Assembly (NCBI GenBank): GCA_022567155.1
Contig: JADFHN010000073.1
Span: 1-19,087, forward strand
Source of the DNA: Bacteroidota bacterium
GTDB lineage: Bacteria > Bacteroidota > Bacteroidia > Cytophagales > Cyclobacteriaceae
Direction: 5' to 3'
DNA length: 19,087 nucleotides
Positions 7,580 through 16,291 of the stretch are shown piece by piece (positions within the stretch are counted from its first letter, which is position 1; the number at the start of each line of letters is the position of its first letter). A model generated the notes under the pieces. That model was not told the origin of the DNA. It made no database searches and saw only the letters and a program-made list of their open reading frames with translations. The position numbers and the translations under genes are program-made.

Positions 7580-7942
7580 ATGGCGCAAATGACTGTCAAT
7601 TAGAAGCCACAGTAAATTTCTAATGACAATTCTGGGTTAAAATAAAATTCCTGAAACTATTCCATAAACCAGGTGATCTGAATGAACTGAAGCTTTTCTG
7701 ATTTATGTCTTTACGGATAGAGCTTTAAATTGCAAACTTAATGCGAAATTTGTTCCCGATTTTCGATTATTTTGCGTAAATTGAATCATAATCATAAAAT
7801 ATTATCCGATCTAAACCGTCTATAATAACCAAATAACAGGCTGACTTTATTGCCAAGGTTACAACCCCTTAGAAAATAGTAAGTATTTTCACAGGGGCAA
7901 CTATAAGTATCAAATAACGTTAACCAAAAAAACAACGACCCT

Positions 7943-10297
7943 ATGCTATTTGACGGAAAAGAAATCCCCTTCCCTTCTATCCCTAGAATCAGTTTTTTCA
8001 AAGTGATTGAAAAACTGGAAGAGATGATGACAGATAAGGACCCGGCGGTGGCCGGTTACGCCAAATCTTTGCTTAAAGAAGTGGAGCAATATCCTATACT
8101 TAAAGAAGGTTTTGAGGATTTCACCTTATTGGACAAATACCGTGAGCCAATTGATAAACTGAGCCGTGTTCTTTTTCCTGATGCCCTGGTTACCAATGAA
8201 ATAAAAGCGCTCACTCCCCTTTTTGATTTCAAGCCGTTTTATACATCTACCCGCTTCAAAAATATCCTTAAAGCCACAAAAAAAGACTTTTCTTTTTATT
8301 TAAAGGACATCAATGAAAATGAATTCTATTTGCAATCCTGCTATTTTATCCTGAACAGCTACTTTGGGTACCCGATTAGTATAAGCAGGCCAATGATGCT
8401 TGAGATTGATAACAAAGAACAAGGCATCATTCGTACATACAGGCTGGCAATTAATGGAGAGCTGGTGGAGTTTATTCCGACCGATAAAGCAGTTGACATC
8501 ACGCAAGAGGACTTTGAAGAGTTGCTTGATCACCATGATGATATCGAGTTGTGGAAGAAGAAATTTCCGCCCGACAGCTGGATTATGCGAGGCATACTTA
8601 TGATCAACATGATGGATGTAACGATCGATCAATCATTATCTACTATCACCTCAAACTTACTCATCAAATCGGCTGATTCTTTTGAAAATATTAAAAATGG
8701 ACTGAGGAGTTTATTTAACAATAACTCATTAGAAACCGGCATGGTCACTTTTCAGGATAATGAATTGACGCCCCTCTATAATAATGATGTCAGGAGTATT
8801 TTACTTGAAAAAAACTGTATTCTTGATTGCAAGAAACATATGAGTTCAGAAACTTTCAAAAAGTTGATGGTTAACAGACAACCTTTGGTCATCTCTGATG
8901 TTGATCGTTATTCCAAAAATAACTCCAACCCGATTTCAGAGTTATTGAAAAAAACGCAATGGAAAAGTTACATCATGGCTCCACTGATCTATGAAGACGA
9001 GCTCCTCGGATTTATGGAACTTGCATCAAAGAATAAGTATGAACTAAACTCTGTTTCTCTAACAAAATTGAACCAAATTCTCCCGGTGTTGGCCATAGCC
9101 ACAAAAAGATACAAAACGGAGGCTCGAAATCAGATTGAAGCAATCATTCAGCAGGAATGTACTACTGTTCATCATTCCGTTAAATGGCGGTTTGAGCAGG
9201 AAGCTCAACAATTTATGATAAAACAAAATAATGGAGAGCAGGCGGTGTTCAAAGACATCATTTTTAAAGATGTATATCCACTTTACGGTCAACTGGACAT
9301 TAAAAATTCTACCATCAGGCGAAATGAAGCAGTCAAAAAAGATCTTATTAAACAAATTAACGGGGTCAGGCGTATTTTATCTACTGCACTGGAACTCACT
9401 AATATGCCCGCATATGAGGAACTTCTTTACAGGGTTGAAACCTATAAAACTGAAATTCGGAATGGCTTGTCAGCAGGTAGTGAACACAAAATTATTGGGT
9501 TTTTAAGATCTGAGATTTACCCTGTATTCTCACACATGCAAAAAGTTGATCCTGAACTAGGCAAACTGGTTGAGAAATATAACAGCAAGCTCGATCCTGA
9601 GCTAAATACCATATATGAGGAAAGGAAAAAATATGACGACAGTGTAAATCTGATAAATCAGAAATTAGCTTCATACCTCGATCGCCAGCAGGACGAAGCT
9701 CAAAAAATGTTTCCGCATTATTTTGAGCGTTATAAAACCGATGGTGTTGAATACAACATGTACATTGGACAATCCATCTCAAAACAAAAACAATTTGATC
9801 CGATCCATCTTCAGAATCTAAGGCTATGGCAACTCATGGTGATGGTAGAAATGGAAAATGAGTTTGCCTCGCTACAGCAAGATCTGGAAGTACCGGTGGA
9901 GATTGCCTCTTTGATTTTAGTCTATAATGCCTCTCTGGCCATTCATTTCAGGATGGATGAAAAACGTTTTGATGTTGAAGGCGCCTACAATGCCCGCTAC
10001 GAAATCATTAAAAAAAGAATAGATAAGGCCCACATCAAGGGCACACACGAGCGGATAACGCGTCCGGGTAGTATTGCTATTGTTTACTCTCATGAACAGG
10101 ATGCTATTGAGTACCGGAAATATCTGGATTTTTTGTGTACCAAAGGGTATATGAAGTCAAAAGTGGAAGATCATGAACTTGAAAACCTTCAGGGAATGAG
10201 CGGTTTAAGAGCACTCAGAGTTGAGATAGAATATCAACTTCCCAACAACGAGGAAGGAATTAATGTTGAAGAGTTAATCAAATCTATTGAAGGATAA
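7943..10297 (+). CDS. Large (784 aa) GAF-domain protein of unknown function with no recognisable output domain
   Basis: An uninterrupted 2.35-kb ORF. The central segment ends in WKSYIMAPLIYEDELLGFMELASK, typical of the GAF domain C-terminal strand. The remainder is largely helical or coiled-coil with internal repeats (VDPELGKLVEKY / LDPELNTIYEERKKY). I could find no HisKA/HATPase, GGDEF, EAL, HD, PP2C or DNA-binding motifs. Confidence 0.85.
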   Translation: MLFDGKEIPFPSIPRISFFKVIEKLEEMMTDKDPAVAGYAKSLLKEVEQYPILKEGFEDFTLLDKYREPIDKLSRVLFPDALVTNEIKALTPLFDFKPFYTSTRFKNILKATKKDFSFYLKDINENEFYLQSCYFILNSYFGYPISISRPMMLEIDNKEQGIIRTYRLAINGELVEFIPTDKAVDITQEDFEELLDHHDDIELWKKKFPPDSWIMRGILMINMMDVTIDQSLSTITSNLLIKSADSFENIKNGLRSLFNNNSLETGMVTFQDNELTPLYNNDVRSILLEKNCILDCKKHMSSETFKKLMVNRQPLVISDVDRYSKNNSNPISELLKKTQWKSYIMAPLIYEDELLGFMELASKNKYELNSVSLTKLNQILPVLAIATKRYKTEARNQIEAIIQQECTTVHHSVKWRFEQEAQQFMIKQNNGEQAVFKDIIFKDVYPLYGQLDIKNSTIRRNEAVKKDLIKQINGVRRILSTALELTNMPAYEELLYRVETYKTEIRNGLSAGSEHKIIGFLRSEIYPVFSHMQKVDPELGKLVEKYNSKLDPELNTIYEERKKYDDSVNLINQKLASYLDRQQDEAQKMFPHYFERYKTDGVEYNMYIGQSISKQKQFDPIHLQNLRLWQLMVMVEMENEFASLQQDLEVPVEIASLILVYNASLAIHFRMDEKRFDVEGAYNARYEIIKKRIDKAHIKGTHERITRPGSIAIVYSHEQDAIEYRKYLDFLCTKGYMKSKVEDHELENLQGMSGLRALRVEIEYQLPNNEEGINVEELIKSIEG

Positions 10298-10314
10298 TTC
10301 CTTCCTTCAATAAG

Positions 10315-10337
10315 CTGGTCGTAGTGTCGCCCTGCGA
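10315..10337. repeat. Palindromic repeat element, degenerate copy (ggtcgtagtgtcgccctgcgacc), between the convergent GAF and doxX genes
   Basis: It is about 85% identical over about 31 nt to the copy at 10958-10980. The three substitutions keep pairing as G-U wobbles or one mismatch on the plus-strand RNA. It is a likely bidirectional terminator. Confidence 0.45.
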
Positions 10338-10345
10338 CCAATCTC

Positions 10346-10807
10346 TCAGGCAGGAACTCCGGAGCTTTCCGTATCGGGTACTGATTGTTGTCTTTTTTTA
10401 ACAAAATACTTGTCCACTGACAAAATACAGTACCCAAACAGGGCATAAATTACCAGAAGAATAAGTACCAGCACGGCAAGTTCCATCGACTGTCCGACGC
10501 TCATCAGGCCCTGATCTGCGTGGACGACAAAAACAGCAGCTACAAGTATCGGAATCTGGAACAACGCAGCCAGGCGTGTCTGTAGTCCAATGGCCATCAG
10601 AAACCCACCCACCAGATGGGCAATGGTAACGTACGAAAACCACATATACAGTTTTTCTGCGCGTGCCAGTTCAGTGATTGCGGCCGGATCGGAAAAGAAA
10701 ATCCACCCGCGGATAAACAATGCTGTACCCAGAAAGATGCGGATTAGCGAATATGCCGATTCCTGGTGCGTATCCAGCCATTGTATAGCATCTGTCAACT
10801 TTTCCAT
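10346..10807 (-). CDS. doxX: DoxX-family integral membrane protein
   Basis: 153 aa with four predicted TM helices (FLGTALFIRGWIFF, MWFSYVTIAHLVGGFLMAIGL, LAALFQIPILVAAVFVV, LAVLVLILLVIYALFGYCIL). This is the DoxX/DoxD-like architecture. Confidence 0.8.
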   Translation of the reverse strand: MEKLTDAIQWLDTHQESAYSLIRIFLGTALFIRGWIFFSDPAAITELARAEKLYMWFSYVTIAHLVGGFLMAIGLQTRLAALFQIPILVAAVFVVHADQGLMSVGQSMELAVLVLILLVIYALFGYCILSVDKYFVKKRQQSVPDTESSGVPA

Positions 10808-10957
10808 GGTAATTATGTAGAAATTTTGGTTGCATTTGCCATTTACAACCTACGATTATATGAATTTTGATAAACAGAAGAAAATAAAATATTTCCGCGA
10901 ACATCACGTAAAGTAATCACACGCCCTATTTTCTGATTCTTGGAGCACCATCTTTCC

Positions 10958-10980
10958 TGGTCGTAGGGTCACCCTACGAC
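10958..10980. repeat. Palindromic repeat element, near-perfect copy (ggtcgtagggtcaccctacgacc; 11-bp stem), downstream of the GH65 gene
   Basis: The two arms are perfect reverse complements except for the central base. It lies 128 nt past the GH65 stop (128 nt downstream of the gene on its own strand), within the GH65-doxX intergenic region. The same 31-nt consensus CTGGTCGTAGNGTCNCCCTNCGACCNATCT occurs at 10312-10342. Confidence 0.5.
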
Positions 10981-11107
10981 CTATCTTAGCAACTTCATAG
11001 GCCACTTCATGTGACCCTGTCATGGATAATTATCTGCAAAATAAAAATTACAATTTTGGATATGGGCTAAAATTATCTGTACAGTTATCCACATTTCAGA
11101 CGCCATG

Positions 11108-13423
11108 CTAAGAATGAATTGCCTTAACCTCTGTTTTGCTTCCTGAAGCAACAAATACGCGTTTATCATATACCATAATTTCTATATCCTTTTCCGAAGT
11201 ATTTCTGATAACGATATGTTGTTTTGATACGCCGATATGCAATACCGTACCCCTGAACCTGATGCTGAACTCATAATTCTCCCATTGATCAGGGATAAAC
11301 GGGCTAAAGTGCAGCATATCGTTTTTAACGCGCATACCTCCAAAACCCATGGTAAAAGCCATCCAGGTCCCCGCCATACTGGTTATATGGCAACCGTCTT
11401 CCGTATCATTATTATAGTCATCCAGATCCAGCCGGGCTGTACGCAAGTAAAAAGCATAGGCCATTTGACGATAGCCTAGTAAGGATGCTTGTATGGCATG
11501 CACACAAGGTGACAGCGACGACTCGTGCACCGTAAGTGGTTCGTAAAAATCAAAATTCCTCTTAATGGTAGCGGTATCAAAGTTATCTTCGAAAAAGAAC
11601 AAACCCTGCAGTACATCCGCTTGTTTGATAAAACAGGAACGCAAAATCCTATCCCACGACCAATGCTGATTTATCGGGATTTCTTCAGGGGGTAAATCCC
11701 GTACCGGTGTAAGCTCCTTGTCCAGAAACCCGTCTTGTTGCAGAAAGATGCCCTGTTCAGCATCTTCAGGGTAATACATTTTTGAACAAATGTCCTTCCA
11801 TCTTTCGATTTCATTTTCTTTAAAATCCAATTTGTCGGAAAGGCTTTCCCATACCGCTGTATTACCTGACATCACCCTGCCGATTGATTCCATGGTATAT
11901 CGTAATGTCCATACGGCAATGGTGTTGGTGTACCAGTTATTATTTACATTATTCTCAAATTCATTTGGTCCGGTAACGCCTAGTATCACATATTGCTGCT
12001 TTTCATCTGACCAATTGACGCGCTGCGACCAGAACCTTGAAATGGCAATCAATACTTCCAGCCCGTATGTTTCCAAATAGGCAGCGTCACCTGTGTAGCG
12101 TATATAATCATAGATGGCATAGGCGATGGCACCGTTTCGATGTATTTCTTCAAAAGTGATTTCCCACTCATTATGGCACTCTTCGCCATTCATTGTTACC
12201 ATCGGATAGAGTGCCGCACCTTCTTTGAATCCTAGTTTTTCCGCATTTTCGATCGCTTTGTCAAGGTGTTTATAACGGTAAATCAATAAATTCCTTGCGA
12301 CATTTTCATCTGCAGTTCCCAGGAAAAAAGGAAGGCAATATGCTTCCGTATCCCAGTAAGTGCTTCCCCCGTATTTTTCACCCGTAAATCCCTTTGGGCT
12401 TATATTTAAGTGTTCGTCTTCTCCCGTATATGTCTGGTTAAGCTGAAAAATATTATAACGTATCCCCTGCTGGGCAGCTACATCACCAGTAATGATAATA
12501 TCGCATTCTTCCCACTTCTTCCGCCACACTTCGCTGTGATCGTGCAATAATCCTTCGAACCCTTTTTCAACCGACCGTTCAAGTGTACTGACACATACTT
12601 TCTCCAGGTTTGTGGTACCATGATATTCAGAGGATACTACTCCGGCGTACTTGTAGATGGTATATGCTATTCCGCTGGTTACACGGAATGATATTTTATT
12701 TGCCGCATATTTTGGTTTTGTGATGGGCTTTGCATCGAGTTCCATTTTTTCTCCGTTTTGCATGACTTCATAGCGCATACCTGTGGCTACACAAAAACCG
12801 GTTTTCCTTGTTTCAGTGACAACCCATCCAACTCCATTACCGGCAAACTGATCTACTTCTTTCCAGAATTTTTCATCATAATTCGAATCTTCATTCATCA
12901 CATCCCCGTCAACATACAATGTTGCGGTTAAGTCACCATCAAAATTCATTGGAGTAACCACATACCTGATTGCCCCTATCTCCGGATCAGCCAGGCTGCA
13001 TATCCGTTTTGACTCAATGCGCACCTGATTGCCATTCCGGTCTTCAACAATGGCGCGCCGGTATAAAAACCCCTCTTTCATATTAAGCTCACGTGAGAAT
13101 TCGAGTACTTTCCAGACCGCCAGATCGAGCATGTTGCCGTTTATTTCTATATCAATTCCAATCCAGTTCGCGGCATTAAGTACTTTTGCGAAATACTCCG
13201 GATATCCGTTTTTCCACCATCCGACACGCGTTTTGTCCGGGTAGTATATTCCGGCAATATAGCTTCCCTGAAGAGAATCGCCGGTATAGGTTTCCTCAAA
13301 GTTGGCCCGTTGCCCCATTCGTCCGTTACCGATACTGAACAGACTTTCCGAAATCCGGTTATACTCAGGTATGAATCCTTCTTCAACAATTTTCCATGCA
13401 TCGTGCCTGATGTAATTTTTCAT
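11108..13423 (-). CDS. Glycoside hydrolase family 65 disaccharide phosphorylase (maltose/kojibiose/trehalose phosphorylase type)
   Basis: 771 aa. The N-terminal signature ESLFSIGNGRMGQR is present. The central (alpha/alpha)6 catalytic region is conserved. It is immediately downstream of beta-phosphoglucomutase, which is the classical genetic pairing. Confidence 0.92.
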   Translation of the reverse strand: MKNYIRHDAWKIVEEGFIPEYNRISESLFSIGNGRMGQRANFEETYTGDSLQGSYIAGIYYPDKTRVGWWKNGYPEYFAKVLNAANWIGIDIEINGNMLDLAVWKVLEFSRELNMKEGFLYRRAIVEDRNGNQVRIESKRICSLADPEIGAIRYVVTPMNFDGDLTATLYVDGDVMNEDSNYDEKFWKEVDQFAGNGVGWVVTETRKTGFCVATGMRYEVMQNGEKMELDAKPITKPKYAANKISFRVTSGIAYTIYKYAGVVSSEYHGTTNLEKVCVSTLERSVEKGFEGLLHDHSEVWRKKWEECDIIITGDVAAQQGIRYNIFQLNQTYTGEDEHLNISPKGFTGEKYGGSTYWDTEAYCLPFFLGTADENVARNLLIYRYKHLDKAIENAEKLGFKEGAALYPMVTMNGEECHNEWEITFEEIHRNGAIAYAIYDYIRYTGDAAYLETYGLEVLIAISRFWSQRVNWSDEKQQYVILGVTGPNEFENNVNNNWYTNTIAVWTLRYTMESIGRVMSGNTAVWESLSDKLDFKENEIERWKDICSKMYYPEDAEQGIFLQQDGFLDKELTPVRDLPPEEIPINQHWSWDRILRSCFIKQADVLQGLFFFEDNFDTATIKRNFDFYEPLTVHESSLSPCVHAIQASLLGYRQMAYAFYLRTARLDLDDYNNDTEDGCHITSMAGTWMAFTMGFGGMRVKNDMLHFSPFIPDQWENYEFSIRFRGTVLHIGVSKQHIVIRNTSEKDIEIMVYDKRVFVASGSKTEVKAIHS

Positions 13424-13453
13424 GAGTAAATGTCCATCGAATGAACCTGAAGA

Positions 13454-14113
13454 TTATCTGGTATTTAGTAATTTTAAAATAGTCTTCCAGTTTATATTGC
13501 TGAAAGAGTCAATGACAACATCGGCTTCGCCCAATATATCAGGATTGCCTACTCCCACGCATTTCATCTTTCCGTTGTGCGCAGCCTGAATGCCGGCATG
13601 GGCATCTTCAAACACCAGACATTGTCCTGGGGCCAGCCCCAGACCCGTTGCTGCTTTTAGAAAAACTTCCGGATCCGGTTTGGCTCTGGATACCATCGTT
13701 CCATCGATAATCAGGTCAAAACGATCTTCAAGTCCTATTTTTCTGAGAGCAAGAACCGCATTTTTGCTGGCCGATCCAATGGCTTTCCAGATGCGGTTGT
13801 TGTCGAGATCATCAAGGAAAGACACTACCCCGGGCAATGTTTCATTAGCCGACATGTTGTCAAGATATTCAACAAACCAGTTATTTTTTTTTGCAGCCAA
13901 TTCTTCTTTTTCCTGTTCGCCGAGTGTGATATTTCCGGATTTAAGAATAGTTTCAAGTGATTCCATCCGGCTTACGCCTTTCAGCCTTTCATTGTCGGCA
14001 TACGTGAAGTTAACACCCAACTGATCTGCAAGCTTCTTCCATGCAAGAAAATGATATTTTGCCGTATCGACAATCACTCCATCCAGATCAAAAATGCAGG
14101 CTTTCATAATCAT
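13454..14113 (-). CDS. pgmB: Beta-phosphoglucomutase (HAD superfamily)
   Basis: 219 aa. HAD motif I FDLDGVIVDT, plus KPDPEVF and the EDAHAGIQAA motifs characteristic of beta-PGM. It is co-oriented with and 30 bp upstream of the GH65 gene. Confidence 0.9.
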   Translation of the reverse strand: MIMKACIFDLDGVIVDTAKYHFLAWKKLADQLGVNFTYADNERLKGVSRMESLETILKSGNITLGEQEKEELAAKKNNWFVEYLDNMSANETLPGVVSFLDDLDNNRIWKAIGSASKNAVLALRKIGLEDRFDLIIDGTMVSRAKPDPEVFLKAATGLGLAPGQCLVFEDAHAGIQAAHNGKMKCVGVGNPDILGEADVVIDSFSNINWKTILKLLNTR

Positions 14114-14139
14114 ACAAAAATTTTCTTTCTTTAGATTTG

Positions 14140-14164
14140 CAAATTTAGCGGCGACTAAATTTAG
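14140..14164. promoter_or_regulatory. Two adjacent palindromic half-operator-like sites, caaatttag and ctaaatttag (a perfect 10-bp palindrome), spaced about 15 bp apart in the divergent pgmB / TPR promoter region
   Basis: Direct reading: gcAAATTTAGcggcgaCTAAATTTAGtttt. It lies 27-51 bp upstream of the pgmB start codon on the opposite strand. Confidence 0.3.
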
Positions 14165-14208
14165 TTTTGATCATGCAATTATATATTTTTCAGCTTAAAT
14201 AATCTTAA

Positions 14209-15126
14209 TTGAAAACCATTCTTATATTCTTTTTGCTGATCACCGGAACGCTCAGGCTTTATGCCCAGCTTCCATCTGACAAGTTATTCCGTTCAGGTTA
14301 TTATTACCTCCAGGTTGATAATGACAAAGCGATCTACTATCTGTCAAAAGCAATCGAGCGGGATTCAACACGCGCAAAATATTACTATTTTCGTGGTATT
14401 GCAAGATATAAAAAAGGTGATTATGAGGACAGCATCGATGACTTTGAAAGCGCTAACCGGCTCGATACCGTGATTGTAATTACGTATATGTACCAGGGAA
14501 TGGCGTATAAGAATCTTGGCATGTACGAAGAAGCGGGTGAACGCATTGATAAGTTTATCAATAAGAGCAGTCAGGATTCTACAGGCTACGCATATCTACT
14601 GCGGGGCAAAGTACATATGGCTGCCGGAAACTATGAAGAGGCGCTGTTTGATTTCACCTTGCTTACAGAATCTTTTCCCGATATTGCATCAAGCAATTAC
14701 TACCGGCTGGTGGCCTACCTTCAGCTCGGCGATTATACTTCGGCGCTAAAAGACGTAAATCTGTTGCTTGCAGAGACCCCGGATTTTTACGGATATTATT
14801 TCTACCGGGGAAATGTATATTTTGGAATGGGGAAATTCAGGAAAGCGATTGAAGATTACTCCACATCTCTGGTGCACAACAAATTTAATGCAGATGCCTA
14901 TTATAGACGCGGAATGGCGTTTGATACCCTGAGCCAGCATCTTGAGGCTATTGACAACTACACTTATGCCATTGCCATAAATGCATCTGACGGCGTTTAC
15001 TATTCACGGCGCGGCAATAGCAGGTTTTCGATCGGTAATCGCGAAGGCGCCTGCCTCGACTGGACTATTGCCGGCAACCTGGGATATTACGAAGACTTCG
15101 ATAAAGTAAAACGGCTGTGCGAATAA
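14209..15126 (+). CDS. Secreted tetratricopeptide-repeat (TPR) protein
   Basis: 305 aa. The N-terminal signal peptide is MKTILIFFLLITGTLRLYAQ, with an apparent TTG start at 14209 and no in-frame ATG nearby. It has at least six 34-aa TPR-like units with the W/Y-x-x-G-x-A-x-x-x-x-G-x-Y-E-E-A-I-x-D-F pattern. Confidence 0.75.
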   Translation: MKTILIFFLLITGTLRLYAQLPSDKLFRSGYYYLQVDNDKAIYYLSKAIERDSTRAKYYYFRGIARYKKGDYEDSIDDFESANRLDTVIVITYMYQGMAYKNLGMYEEAGERIDKFINKSSQDSTGYAYLLRGKVHMAAGNYEEALFDFTLLTESFPDIASSNYYRLVAYLQLGDYTSALKDVNLLLAETPDFYGYYFYRGNVYFGMGKFRKAIEDYSTSLVHNKFNADAYYRRGMAFDTLSQHLEAIDNYTYAIAINASDGVYYSRRGNSRFSIGNREGACLDWTIAGNLGYYEDFDKVKRLCE

Positions 15127-15223
15127 TCCTGCGGCGCGGCTCTTTTTAAAATAGGTAAATTCCTTTCAAAGGTTGACAGATTGTCATTAACTTGCTGGTT
15201 CAAACCAACAAACTTAAAATATC

Positions 15224-16048
15224 ATGGATAACAAAAAATTATTACCGTTAATTGCTGTAGGAGTTGTAGGGCTAATACTTGTTATAGCGCTCTCAAACAG
15301 CATATTTGTTACAATTCAGCCCGGTGAAGCCGGTGTGCTTTTTAAAAAATTTGGCGGGGGTCTGGAAAAGGACCGCGTATATGGGCAGGGTTTCCATATC
15401 CTTACCCCGTGGAATACCATGCATGTCTATAACATCAAAGAGCAAACAACCGAAGAATCCATGGACGTACTTGACAAAAACGGCCTGTCTATTTCAGTGG
15501 AGGTTTCGGTACGTTTTAATCCCATGCCTAACAAGATCGGATATGTACATGAAATATTTGGAGTAAATTATGTAAATGTGCTTGTGATCCCGGAAGTGCG
15601 ATCAGCCGTGCGGCAGGTGATGGGCAGGTATTCTGCCGAAGAAATTTATTCAACCAAACGGTCGGAAGTGGAGTCGAGTATAATTACAGAAACCGAAAGA
15701 TCATTCAGTAGTGAAAGAAATAACATCCAGATGAATGCCCTGCTGATCAGATCTATAAACCTGCCAGCCAATATAACACAAGCCATTGAAAATAAACTAC
15801 GGCAGGAGCAGGAAGCACTCGCTTATGAGTTCAGACTACAGAAGGAAACAAGTGAGGCTGAAAGAAAACGTATTGCAGCCGAAGGAGAAGCAGCAGCTAA
15901 TGCCATTATCAACAGCAGCCTTACCAGTCAACTTCTTAGAATGCGTGGCATAGAAGCCACTACCAGGCTGGCAGAATCTCCTAATGCAAAAGTTGTAATT
16001 ATCGGAAGTGGTAAGGATGGTTTACCGCTGATTTTAGGCGGTAATTAG
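15224..16048 (+). CDS. SPFH/band-7 (prohibitin/HflC-like) membrane protein
   Basis: 274 aa. There is an N-terminal TM helix (LLPLIAVGVVGLILVIAL), an SPFH core, and a C-terminal Ala/Glu-rich coiled coil (QEQEALAYEFRLQKETSEAERKRIAAEGEAAANAI). Confidence 0.85.
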   Translation: MDNKKLLPLIAVGVVGLILVIALSNSIFVTIQPGEAGVLFKKFGGGLEKDRVYGQGFHILTPWNTMHVYNIKEQTTEESMDVLDKNGLSISVEVSVRFNPMPNKIGYVHEIFGVNYVNVLVIPEVRSAVRQVMGRYSAEEIYSTKRSEVESSIITETERSFSSERNNIQMNALLIRSINLPANITQAIENKLRQEQEALAYEFRLQKETSEAERKRIAAEGEAAANAIINSSLTSQLLRMRGIEATTRLAESPNAKVVIIGSGKDGLPLILGGN

Positions 16049-16103
16049 AGTCTATCTATAAAGTAATGATGATTGGAGCATAAAAAAATGAACACCAATA
16101 ATT

Positions 16104-16122
16104 CCCCCGCCGCAGGCGGGGG
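16104..16122 (+). terminator. GC hairpin cccccgc-cgcag-gcggggg downstream of the SPFH gene (weak or atypical terminator; the T-run starts only about 30 nt later)
   Basis: Direct reading. It lies 56 nt after the SPFH stop and is followed by a G-rich stretch gtgtaggggtgggtc, then tcattcattttttt. Confidence 0.3.
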
Positions 16123-16291
16123 TGTAGGGGTGGGTCAATATAAAAAGTCATTCATTTTTTTGAATTGCGGACTTTATAGACAGGCTAATTAGCCGGGATA
16201 ATAATGGACATTTATTCCTGTTTTCTAACGCGTATTCGTTATCTTAGGAGGTGTTAAGAAATTAGTTGAATAGGTTAATTTTACATGAATT

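Noticed and set aside
8300-9782. Minus-strand and plus-strand small ORFs inside the GAF-protein gene (8300-8632, 8400-8603, 9059-9355, 9231-9506, 9492-9782)
   Set aside because: They are embedded in a long, uninterrupted 784-aa ORF with a coherent domain signal. They are shadow ORFs.
10398-10907. ORFs 10398-10643 (-), 10590-10820 (+) and 10671-10907 (-) around doxX
   Set aside because: They are alternative frames of the DoxX membrane-protein gene or its promoter and have no family resemblance.
11237-14024. ORFs antisense to or overlapping GH65 and pgmB (11237-11479, 11790-12080, 13029-13244, 13147-13401, 13590-14024)
   Set aside because: They are fully contained in the strongly supported phosphorylase and beta-PGM genes and are judged spurious.
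14209-14211. TTG start of the TPR gene as an annotation artefact
   Set aside because: There is no in-frame ATG upstream before a stop. The TTG-initiated product begins with a textbook signal peptide, so the TTG start is kept but flagged as uncertain.
16088-16192. 34-aa ORF MNTNNSPAAGGGVGVGQYKKSFIFLNCGLYRQAN between the SPFH gene and gltA
   Set aside because: It spans the GC hairpin and the T-run of the likely SPFH terminator or gltA promoter region and has no recognisable peptide family. It is most likely non-coding. It could be revisited if ribosome profiling shows translation.
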